In this document: positions 20,073 to 28,168 of the stretch, in pieces
Layout of the letters: each line of letters opens with the position of its first letter
Position numbering within the stretch: position 1 is the stretch's first letter
Virus record (IMG/VR): IMGVR_UViG_3300028667_000050
Span: 16,957 to 80,956 of that record
DNA length: 64,000 bases
Source: a virus
Taxonomy: Duplodnaviria; Caudoviricetes
Reading direction: 5' to 3' (one strand)
Position numbers and translations under genes: made by a program
Notes under the pieces: generated by a model
Databases searched by the model: none
What the model was told of the DNA's origin: nothing
The model's input: the letters and a program-made list of their open reading frames with translations, nothing else

Positions 20073-20489
20073 GTGAGCAGCACAAAAAGAATAGGGCTGG
20101 AATACTTGGAGGTAAACCAGTCCCAGAAAGAAACAACGGTTAACGAGGCTTTTAACAAGTTAGACTTATTTGCCGGATTAACAATAGAAAACATTATATC
20201 AGCACCACCTGGCAGTCCCACCGAAGGGGCTGCTTTTTTAGTGGGCGAAAGTGCTACCGGTGCTTTTCTTGGCAAAGAGAAGCAAATAGCTCATTACCTG
20301 AATGCTGGCTGGGAGTTCTATGCTCCATTTGAAGGACTGAAGTTATACTGCCTTGCTGATAGCAGCAATTATCGCTACCTGTCCGGTGCTTGGCAGACCT
20401 TAAGCGAGCCAACTATCCAGGTGGTGGACGCCTTGCCTGCTACGCCAGTGGCAGGTGTGATTTATTTTGTGAAAGAGGCAACGACATGA
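20073..20489 (+). CDS. DUF2793 domain tail protein
   Basis: QSQKETTVNEA...PPGSP.EG.AFLV..ATGAF.G...IA.Y..GWEF..P.EG. Confidence 0.85.
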   Translation: MSSTKRIGLEYLEVNQSQKETTVNEAFNKLDLFAGLTIENIISAPPGSPTEGAAFLVGESATGAFLGKEKQIAHYLNAGWEFYAPFEGLKLYCLADSSNYRYLSGAWQTLSEPTIQVVDALPATPVAGVIYFVKEATT

Positions 20490-20974
20490 TCAGCATAAAT
20501 GGCAAGACCGTCAAAGAAGTATATGTGGGCAGCAATAAGATAAGCAAGGTCTATCATGGTTCTGATTTAATTTGGAAAGCAGGCGAAGGAGGTGATCCTA
20601 ATATCTTTGACAAGTCCCTGACGGATATTTATGCCTATATCCGTTATGCCAACTTGTCATTTAATACAGCCACAGCGGATAACCTCATGGCTAGATGCGT
20701 GGTTGAGCCGAATACTACCTATACAGTTACGTTATTGATGGATACCAGGTTTAGAATATTCAGCTACAATGGACAGCCGGTAAGTGGAACTGTTTTGTCT
20801 GGTGTCATTATTGATTCTTCAGATACCAATGGTACTGCTAGTGTTAACCAGACTAAGACTCTTTCTATTACGACCGGAAGCGATCATACCATGCTTTATA
20901 TTGGTTATTGGACTAGCACCGGAACGATGGCGGCAGCAGATATTAGAAACAGCATCATAATTACTAAAAACTAA
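20486..20974 (+). CDS. Putative tail fibre / carbohydrate-binding structural protein
   Basis: ATGA overlap with DUF2793 gene; beta-rich; VEPNTTYTV. Confidence 0.55.
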   Translation: MISINGKTVKEVYVGSNKISKVYHGSDLIWKAGEGGDPNIFDKSLTDIYAYIRYANLSFNTATADNLMARCVVEPNTTYTVTLLMDTRFRIFSYNGQPVSGTVLSGVIIDSSDTNGTASVNQTKTLSITTGSDHTMLYIGYWTSTGTMAAADIRNSIIITKN

Positions 20975-20988
20975 AGGAGTGAAAAAAA

Positions 20989-21498
20989 TTGAATAAAGAA
21001 GCTTTATATATGGCTATCACGGATAGCCTTAGAAATCTCCAGGACGTATGGGTGGTAAAACTCATAACGTCCTTTTTTCTTGCCACGATTTATAACCTGC
21101 ATGTACAGCTTATCTGTGCTTTTGCAGTTCTGGTGTTCCTGGATCTGGGTACTAAATGGCTGGCCTTATCCAAGATGCATTTAGAAAATTCCGGCAAGGA
21201 AGCAAACATCATAAAAGAAATAAAAAATATCCCAGCAGCCAGACGTGCGGGATATATCAAATCTACGGTAATGAAGAATAGGTTTATCGGCAAGATGTTC
21301 ATCTATTGCCTTTTGACCTTTTGCGGTGGTGTGGTGGACCTTATGCTTATTGCCCAGGGCAGACCGTCTATGGCGGTGTCTTTGGTGGTGGGCTATCTAT
21401 CCGTAAATGAGCTCTTGTCTATTGTGGAAAACCTGCAAGATGCAGGAGTAGAAGAAGCCAAAAGACTAAAAGAAATTATAGACAGAAAGCTGGGATAG
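20989..21498 (+). CDS. Holin (phage holin family 4-like)
   Basis: TM segments, LD..T, ELLSIVENL..AG. Confidence 0.85.
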   Translation: MNKEALYMAITDSLRNLQDVWVVKLITSFFLATIYNLHVQLICAFAVLVFLDLGTKWLALSKMHLENSGKEANIIKEIKNIPAARRAGYIKSTVMKNRFIGKMFIYCLLTFCGGVVDLMLIAQGRPSMAVSLVVGYLSVNELLSIVENLQDAGVEEAKRLKEIIDRKLG

Positions 21499-21499
21499 G

Positions 21500-22057
21500 A
21501 TGAAAGAGATTACTTTAGATGAACTTAAAGAAATGGCCCAAGCTACTAAAGGCTATATTGACAAGATTTATGTGCATTGGACTGCCGGAAGATATCATCA
21601 GTTTTTTGATGACTACCATATTAATGTTGATGCAGATGGCAAACTTTATGCTTCTACGGACGATTTAACAGAAGTGCTTGCGCATACCTGGCACAGGAAC
21701 AGCAGGGCTGTTGGTATTGCCTTAGCGTGCTGTTATGGGGCAGAAGCTAATAGCGGTGAAGATGCCAATCTTGGTGATTACCCACCTACCCAGGAGCAGA
21801 TTGATGGTGTGGCCAAAGCTATAGCCGTGCTATGCAAAGGGCTGGAAATTTCCATAGATTATGATCACATTATGACACATTGCGAAGCCGCAGAAGAGGA
21901 CGATTATGGTCCGTCTACTACATGTGAGCGGTGGGACTTGTGGTATTTGCCGGATACTCCGGGAAGTACCGAGCTTAAACCGGGCGGTGACGTCATCCGT
22001 GGCAAAGCGGCCTGGTGGCAAGAAAAATTGAAAGAAAGCGCTGAAAATGGGCTTTGA
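21500..22057 (+). CDS. Endolysin, N-acetylmuramoyl-L-alanine amidase (Amidase_2-like)
   Basis: IYVHWTAG, YH, HTWHRNS, IMTHCE zinc-ligand pattern; follows holin. Confidence 0.85.
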   Translation: MKEITLDELKEMAQATKGYIDKIYVHWTAGRYHQFFDDYHINVDADGKLYASTDDLTEVLAHTWHRNSRAVGIALACCYGAEANSGEDANLGDYPPTQEQIDGVAKAIAVLCKGLEISIDYDHIMTHCEAAEEDDYGPSTTCERWDLWYLPDTPGSTELKPGGDVIRGKAAWWQEKLKESAENGL

Positions 22058-22183
22058 AATTTCGCTTTTGAGGCCTTTTTTCAGCTTGGTGTTTATGGTT
22101 AGTCCTATGAAAAATAGGAAAAACAACTTGCACACTTTAAAAATTGGCATAGTAGCAATTTTAATGAAAATGGGGTGGTGATA

Positions 22184-22558
22184 GTGAATGATGAACAAAA
22201 GAAGTACCTTGTGTTTGGTATTCTTATCCTTATTATTTCTTTCCTGCTTGTGCTTACCGGCTACTTCATTGGCAGCAGAGTATCTGATAACGGATACGGA
22301 ACTCAGCCAGTTGGAGAGCAACTTAAACAGGCTGGAGATAATCAACAAGAACTCACAAAAGGAATTGTCGGCAGTAAAGAGCGAGCTGAAGATGTCGAAG
22401 GACGAATTGACCGAAGCCAAGAAACAATTGATTCTGCTGCAGAGCGAACTGGACGGGTTGAAGATAACGTCACAGAAGCAGGAGAGCTTATTAGCCAAAG
22501 CCAACGAATCCTTAAAAACGTACGCGCAAGAGGAGAAGTCAAAAAGGGCTGTAATTGA
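22184..22558 (+). CDS. Putative inner-membrane spanin-like protein (N-terminal TM + coiled coil)
   Basis: KKYLVFGILILIISFLLVLTGYFIG then heptad-rich region; follows endolysin. Confidence 0.55.
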   Translation: MNDEQKKYLVFGILILIISFLLVLTGYFIGSRVSDNGYGTQPVGEQLKQAGDNQQELTKGIVGSKERAEDVEGRIDRSQETIDSAAERTGRVEDNVTEAGELISQSQRILKNVRARGEVKKGCN

Positions 22559-22622
22559 AAGGCAACGTAATCTTGCCTATGTATTAAGCGCAGGGTTGCT
22601 TTATGCCTGGGTAAGGAAATGA
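22188..22622 (+). CDS. Putative second spanin-like protein, overlapping in the +1 frame
   Basis: Signal peptide (possible lipobox FLSC or SPI site SLA-A), coiled coil, hydrophobic C-terminus LAYVLSAGLLYAWV. Confidence 0.6.
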   Translation: MMNKRSTLCLVFLSLLFLSCLCLPATSLAAEYLITDTELSQLESNLNRLEIINKNSQKELSAVKSELKMSKDELTEAKKQLILLQSELDGLKITSQKQESLLAKANESLKTYAQEEKSKRAVIERQRNLAYVLSAGLLYAWVRK

Positions 22623-22635
22623 ACATTTATAGCAA

Positions 22636-22684
22636 AAATGCTGGTAGGAGTATATGCTTGCTCTTACCAGCATTATTTTTTTTA
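22636..22684. terminator. Bidirectional terminator between convergent genes
   Basis: aaaaatgctggtaggag...ctcttaccagcatt-attttttt. Confidence 0.75.
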
Positions 22685-23227
22685 ATACTTTATTTCGGAA
22701 AATTCTTTCATTAAAATTTTTTTTACCCTTTTAATTTTATCCCGCATGGTGTTTCGCGGCATGCCAATTTTGTCCGCTATGGCTTCTTCATTTGCACCGT
22801 TCAATTTAAGAGTTCCAATAAGGGTTGACTGTGACATAAGCTCATTGGCGCTTTTGAGCAGCTGCTCAAAGATGACTTTGTTAGTGGCCAGCTCGTCTGT
22901 ACCTAAAGCGTTGTCATCAGGGATGATATCAAGTAAAGGAACTCTTTCTCCATCGTGGGTGTCCATGGGTTCATCCAAGGAACAAAACTTACCGGGCGTG
23001 GCGTATTGGCATAGTCCACAATGCCCATCACACTTCCAGAGAAGCTTGGTCGGGCAGATGCATTGCCCATGACTGCGGGCTTGTTTCTGTACTCGCCAGA
23101 TTTCTGGGTAGATGCCACGGTATACTTCTTCGGAAATTGGTATGAGGGTTATCTTGCGAGGATTATCGCAGTCTCTCATGGGGAAATACCTTTGTTTTTG
23201 TTGACGTTGGTTTTCTTTTTTTGCCAT
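22682..23227 (-). CDS. ECF-like sigma factor / sigma-70 region-4 regulator with Cys cluster
   Basis: C.CP..LLWKCDG.C..C, SLD, C-terminal HTH IA..IGMPRNTMR. Confidence 0.7.
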   Translation of the reverse strand: MAKKENQRQQKQRYFPMRDCDNPRKITLIPISEEVYRGIYPEIWRVQKQARSHGQCICPTKLLWKCDGHCGLCQYATPGKFCSLDEPMDTHDGERVPLLDIIPDDNALGTDELATNKVIFEQLLKSANELMSQSTLIGTLKLNGANEEAIADKIGMPRNTMRDKIKRVKKILMKEFSEIKY

Positions 23228-23670
23228 GTTGTTTTCTCCTTTTGGGACTATGCCCGAAGCGGAGATAACCTATATGGCTGCCAGAAATATTTTTCATAGA
23301 TGGTCACCTTTTGCGGATTATTCCGCTTCATAATTGGTGACCAGCAGTTCGTATGCTGGCACGATATTAAATTTATGACCATAACAACAACTACGAACGC
23401 ACCTCATGGCCATGGGGAAGGTGAGTTGCTGTTTAGGTAGGTAGATTAATGTCTTGCCTAGGACAAGACTGCAAAAGTGATAATTCAAATTTGCGATAAA
23501 ATATTTGCGAACGTGATGTAAATATTCACGTATACAGTAGAAAAATACATAACTATGTGCTATAATTAAAAAGTAAATTTGTCTCTAAAAATACTTTTTG
23601 TCAGAAAGCAGTGGTTTGCTGCTTCCAAAATTAAGTATAGAAAATTGGGCTGGTACGTTTGGGTACCGGC

Positions 23671-23710
23671 GGATATGCTCGGATATGATTGGATATGATT
23701 GGATATAGAG
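23671..23710 (+). repeat. Four tandem 10-nt units beginning GGATAT
   Basis: ggatatgctc ggatatgatt ggatatgatt ggatatagag; last unit overlaps the RBS. Confidence 0.85.
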
Positions 23711-23719
23711 GTGTTTAAA

Positions 23720-24856
23720 ATGACATTTAGTGAGTTTGCGCAGATTTTATACTCAGTGATTGGTTCCGGTAGCAACACCAGTGCCTTCGCTCGTACACTG
23801 CTTGATACCATTGTTATTTATGAGGATGAGGAGTTGAATCCGATTCAGGAATTAAAGCGTCCGACCTTCAAGGCATACTACAATGGAACAAACAACATCA
23901 CGAAAACAGCAAAAAAAATAAACGCCAATGTGGAGACATCAGCGTTTGAAGAATATATTGATACTTTCCCGGATAATGCTGTTCAAGCACTCTGCGGCGC
24001 TTTTGAAGAAGATATACCAGATATTACACCATATAATGCAAACCAGAAACTGGCAGAGTTGTTTGCTTCTATTATTTACGAAGCAGCCGCAGGAAAATCA
24101 AAGGATGTAGGTAAGAAGAAAATGAGCGAGGAAAAGACTACCTCCGTACATGGTAAACTGGCTGAGAAGGTTCTCCCTTCTGATGAGGCAATGGCAAAGG
24201 CAGGAGCAGTAGAGGAATTGGCGGAGGAACAAAAACGGCCTGCTAAAGCAAAAAGCGATCCTGTATTAAAGCCAAAATTGCTTTCCAGTGAGGATAATGC
24301 AATGCTCATAACGTTCAGAGAGAATGTAAAGGGCATTCTGAAATATTGCATAGAGCATGACCCAGCGGCTCAGCGAATTAGAATCAGTCTTGCAGATGAA
24401 TTACATGACGTATATAGGAAGTGGCAATATGACCTGCGTGAAATTGAGGATGATGCTTTTCGTCAGCTTGTAATAGACACAATACAGACGTTGGAGAAAT
24501 ATTCCTATTATGTATCCGATGTTTTTTTGCAACTGATTCCTGGAACTGATAAGCTGTGTTTTAGGAACGGATCTGCAGAAGAAGGAGACCGTTTAAGAGA
24601 TGTGCTTAGGCCGAAATCAAATGAATTGCGGCTTGCAATTGCAGAATTATATAGAAGACTGTATCCAATTAAGGAGGAGGCAAAGCCGGATGAGCCGGAG
24701 CTAGTCGAATCAGAGGTCGTGGATGAAGAATCATCCTGTGCCGCAGATACAACAGACAAGGACGCAAAGACTAAGACAATCAACAATCATACCACTGTAA
24801 ACCAGTATGGTGAAAAGAATGTTCATATAGACTATGTTGAAAATCTGAAACTATGA
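23720..24856 (+). CDS. Hypothetical protein: HTH-like N-domain, C-terminal RHIM-like motif
   Basis: MTFSEFAQIL N-terminus; ends TVNQYGEKNVHIDYVENLKL; TGCTATAAT promoter near 23557. Confidence 0.75.
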   Translation: MTFSEFAQILYSVIGSGSNTSAFARTLLDTIVIYEDEELNPIQELKRPTFKAYYNGTNNITKTAKKINANVETSAFEEYIDTFPDNAVQALCGAFEEDIPDITPYNANQKLAELFASIIYEAAAGKSKDVGKKKMSEEKTTSVHGKLAEKVLPSDEAMAKAGAVEELAEEQKRPAKAKSDPVLKPKLLSSEDNAMLITFRENVKGILKYCIEHDPAAQRIRISLADELHDVYRKWQYDLREIEDDAFRQLVIDTIQTLEKYSYYVSDVFLQLIPGTDKLCFRNGSAEEGDRLRDVLRPKSNELRLAIAELYRRLYPIKEEAKPDEPELVESEVVDEESSCAADTTDKDAKTKTINNHTTVNQYGEKNVHIDYVENLKL

Positions 24857-25509
24857 ACGGAGATGCACCTATGAAGAATGAATTGCAGATGGCAGCTAGC
24901 ATCAACACCTTGCCAGCAAAGACAGTAAATCAGTATGGTAAAAAGAATGTACATATTGATAAGGCCGAAAATGTAACACAGAATATAATCTTGAGTCTTC
25001 CATATGTGCAGAGAATGGCGAATGGAGCGATGCAGCCGACTAGCAGAGTTATCAATTCGGAATATTACAATTTGTTTGTGATTGGAGATGAGACCTTTGA
25101 ACACGACCATTTCCTTGTTCCGGCAGAACGGGCGCTATCAAAGGGCTGGACATCAGATAAAATAAGGGAACATTATGGAACGTTATCCGAAGAATCCATT
25201 GAGGTTATCAAAACATTTCCTGCGCTATTTATGCCAGAGGCGCAGTGGCAAAGTGCAAGACCTGGAGAAGGCCAACAGGTGTTCTTTGGTTTTGTGGATG
25301 GCATAAGAAAACAGGACAATGGAATAAAAATACAATGTCAGTTGATTTGGCCTATACCCATGCAGCAGATAAGCAATATTGGTTTTGAACTTGGCATGTT
25401 AAACATGACGAGGGAGATATCAGAAATGAATCACACCCATTGGGCTATCAAGCATATCAACTTGAAGGAAGAACTGACCGATGCACATATTTCTCTATTA
25501 GGATTCTGA
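24853..25509 (+). CDS. Hypothetical protein: N-terminal RHIM-like motif + FPALF...THWAIK domain
   Basis: ATGA overlap; alternative start 24871 with GGAG RBS; TVNQYGKKNVHIDKAENV. Confidence 0.75.
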   Translation: MNGDAPMKNELQMAASINTLPAKTVNQYGKKNVHIDKAENVTQNIILSLPYVQRMANGAMQPTSRVINSEYYNLFVIGDETFEHDHFLVPAERALSKGWTSDKIREHYGTLSEESIEVIKTFPALFMPEAQWQSARPGEGQQVFFGFVDGIRKQDNGIKIQCQLIWPIPMQQISNIGFELGMLNMTREISEMNHTHWAIKHINLKEELTDAHISLLGF

Positions 25510-25523
25510 CGGGAGGTGAAAGT

Positions 25524-27809
25524 ATGAGGGACAAACTTACGGCAGAAATAAGAAAACTGAGTTTGAATGATGCATCCTACAAAGGATGTGGGGTATCGAT
25601 TGTACCGACCTATGTGAACTTCTTCTTTGGTAATAATGGCACGGGAAAATCCACCATAGGTAAAGCGATAAAGGTAGATAACGGTGTAGAATGGCAGCAG
25701 GGGTACTTGGCTTCAGATTACAAAATACATGTTTATAATCTGGATTACATCAGCGCCAATTTGCACAACTACCATAATCTTCATGGCGTTTTTACTGTGA
25801 ATGAGGTTAATGTCACTATTCAGGCAAATGTCGATGAAAAGCTGGCACAAAAGGAAAAAGCGTCTACAGCTTTTGCTGAAGCTGGCGATGCGAAAACGAA
25901 GAAAACTTCCGCATTGCAAGAGGCATTGGAACGGTTCCAACAGGAATGCTGGGAGAAAACAACCGACCTACGTGCAAAATTCAGGAAAACACAAGTGAAC
26001 AGGATGCAAAAGAAATCATTCGCTGAAGGCGTGCTCGAAATCAAGAATCCTAAAGAGCACGATGTTGATGCTCTGCGTCGCCTCTATGATATAGCTTATT
26101 CTGACGATGCAAAAAAATATGAGCTATTTCCATCAGTTGCAAATCCAGCAGTTTTGGATGAACTTGAAGGCAGGGATATTCTTGGCAAGAGAATCGTGAG
26201 TAGCGCTGACACACCATTTGCTCAGTTCCTAAAGAAAATAAATGCGGCCAGTTGGGTGCAGCAGAGTCATGAGCAATTTCATAAAGCAGCAGGAAATACC
26301 TGCCCGTATTGCCAACAGCATTTGCCGGTTAGCTTTGAGGAGAATTTACGAGCCTGTTTTGATTCCAGTTATCAGGAAGCGCAACAAGCCCTGTCCTATT
26401 ATTATGATGCATACCGAAATGTTGCCAACACGATGGTAGCGCCGTTGTTTAAGCCACCTGTAGAGCTGATGCCTGAAATCAATATTACACCTTTCACAGA
26501 TAAGGTGGCCGCCATTAGGGGCGTTATTGCAACAAACCTGCAGAAGATAAAAGAAAAGATGAATGAGCCAGCAAGCGTTGTTGAAATTGAGAATGTGGCA
26601 ACAATGTTGGGTGAATTAAAAACTATCATTGCTGGTTTTAACACACTCATTAGAGAGAATAACGTTATCCTCGATACAAAGCAAAAAAAACAGGTAGAAT
26701 GCAGAATAGCTGTCTGGGAGCATATTGCTTTCTTGTTGGCTGACCAGATTAGTCGTTACAAGACAAGCAAGTCCTCCCTGGAGGATGAAATATCTAAGCT
26801 GATAACGGAGATTTCAACACAGCGAACAGCAATTAGTACACTGACACGTGAAATTGCTGAGCTCAATAAGGACTGTGTGAATACTACATCCACAATTGAG
26901 AGCGTAAATATGCTGCTTCGTGATTCCGGATTCCAAGGTTTTAGCCTTCGGGAAAAAGAAGGAACACTAAATGTTTATGAAGTAGTGAGGCCGGATGGAA
27001 CTATTGCTGAAAACCTGAGTGAAGGCGAGAGAAACTTTATAGCATTTCTGTACTTCTACCATCAGGTAAAGGGCAGTGATAATCCAGATGGCAGCCAGCT
27101 CGACAAAATTGTGGTGATTGATGACCCGGTATCAAGTATGGATAGCAGTGCACTATTTATCGTCAGCGCGCTGGTGCGTGAGATGATTCAGATTTGCGAG
27201 AATAATGCTGTGGGCAGTGAACTGGCAACGAAGGCAGACTATATCAAACAGATTTTCATTCTGACACATAACGCATATTTTCACAGGGAAATTACCTACA
27301 ACCAGGTGAAGAATTATTTGTTTGTGAATTTCTATTTGATAAGCAAGGTTGACAACAAGTCCTCCATCAAACTTTGTAAAAAAACTAACCCGGAAATCAT
27401 GACCGAGGAAATCAACTACAATTCGGTGCAAAATTCCTATGCGGCCCTCTGGGAAGAATATAAAGAAATCAATGCACCGATTCCTCTCATGAATGTCATC
27501 AGGCGAATACTGGAGTACTACTTCCTTCAGCTTTGCGGCTATGATGGAGTAACACTTCGTAAGCGGCTCTTAATTGATAATAAAGATAAGTTCATTACAA
27601 CAGACGCCAGCGGAAAAGAGAACTTCACTCAATACCAAATGGCGCATGCGATGCTTTCCTATATTTGCGCTAATTCAGTGGGTATCAATGATGGCATCAA
27701 TTTCGTAGATGACTGTGTAGATGTAGAACAAACGAAAAAAACCTTTAGTCTTGTATTTGCGTTAATGGAACAAAAGCAGCACTATGACATGATGATGGGA
27801 AATCAGTAA
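25524..27809 (+). CDS. RloC/SMC-like ABC ATPase (AAA_13) with zinc hook and HEPN-like C-terminus
   Basis: GNNGTGKST, CPYC, LSEGE, VVIDDPVSSMD, LTHN, NVIRRILEYYF. Confidence 0.88.
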   Translation: MRDKLTAEIRKLSLNDASYKGCGVSIVPTYVNFFFGNNGTGKSTIGKAIKVDNGVEWQQGYLASDYKIHVYNLDYISANLHNYHNLHGVFTVNEVNVTIQANVDEKLAQKEKASTAFAEAGDAKTKKTSALQEALERFQQECWEKTTDLRAKFRKTQVNRMQKKSFAEGVLEIKNPKEHDVDALRRLYDIAYSDDAKKYELFPSVANPAVLDELEGRDILGKRIVSSADTPFAQFLKKINAASWVQQSHEQFHKAAGNTCPYCQQHLPVSFEENLRACFDSSYQEAQQALSYYYDAYRNVANTMVAPLFKPPVELMPEINITPFTDKVAAIRGVIATNLQKIKEKMNEPASVVEIENVATMLGELKTIIAGFNTLIRENNVILDTKQKKQVECRIAVWEHIAFLLADQISRYKTSKSSLEDEISKLITEISTQRTAISTLTREIAELNKDCVNTTSTIESVNMLLRDSGFQGFSLREKEGTLNVYEVVRPDGTIAENLSEGERNFIAFLYFYHQVKGSDNPDGSQLDKIVVIDDPVSSMDSSALFIVSALVREMIQICENNAVGSELATKADYIKQIFILTHNAYFHREITYNQVKNYLFVNFYLISKVDNKSSIKLCKKTNPEIMTEEINYNSVQNSYAALWEEYKEINAPIPLMNVIRRILEYYFLQLCGYDGVTLRKRLLIDNKDKFITTDASGKENFTQYQMAHAMLSYICANSVGINDGINFVDDCVDVEQTKKTFSLVFALMEQKQHYDMMMGNQ

Positions 27810-27821
27810 AGGAGAAAGAAA

Positions 27822-28034
27822 ATGCGTATCAGTTATAACAAGCTATGGAAAATGCTAATAGATAAAGGTATGAAAAAAAGCGATTTGAAAGAGACTGCAG
27901 GAATCAGCTCGGCTTCAATTGCCAAGCTCGGTAAAGGAGAAAATATCACTACAGACGTTTTGATAAAAATTTGCGAGTCAATGAATTGCCATTTAGAGGA
28001 CATAATGGAGACAATCGAAGATGATGAGTCTTGA
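27822..28034 (+). CDS. Xre/Cro-C1 HTH regulator
   Basis: SYNKLWKMLIDKGM...IAKLGKGENITTDVLIKIC. Confidence 0.9.
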   Translation: MRISYNKLWKMLIDKGMKKSDLKETAGISSASIAKLGKGENITTDVLIKICESMNCHLEDIMETIEDDES

Positions 28035-28168
28035 TTACGGTACAGCGAAAGGAATAAGATTAATCAAATGTTATGATTCTGTAAGGAACTTGAAAAGCAT
28101 GCATTTGTCTCTTTTAAATCATAGGAATTCTATGCTTAAAATTCAACCTGCAATTACAGAAAGATGAG

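Larger units (their letters stand above)
1..22680 (+). mobile_element. Prophage-like element 1, late region (packaging, head, tail, lysis); left part outside window
   Basis: Co-oriented terL-portal-Clp protease-capsid-connector-tail-TMP-baseplate-holin-amidase gene order. Confidence 0.93.

Noticed and set aside
23671-23710. GGATAT tandem repeats as a CRISPR array
   Set aside because: 10-nt units without spacers; no cas genes (DUF2800 is a phage Cas4-like nuclease)
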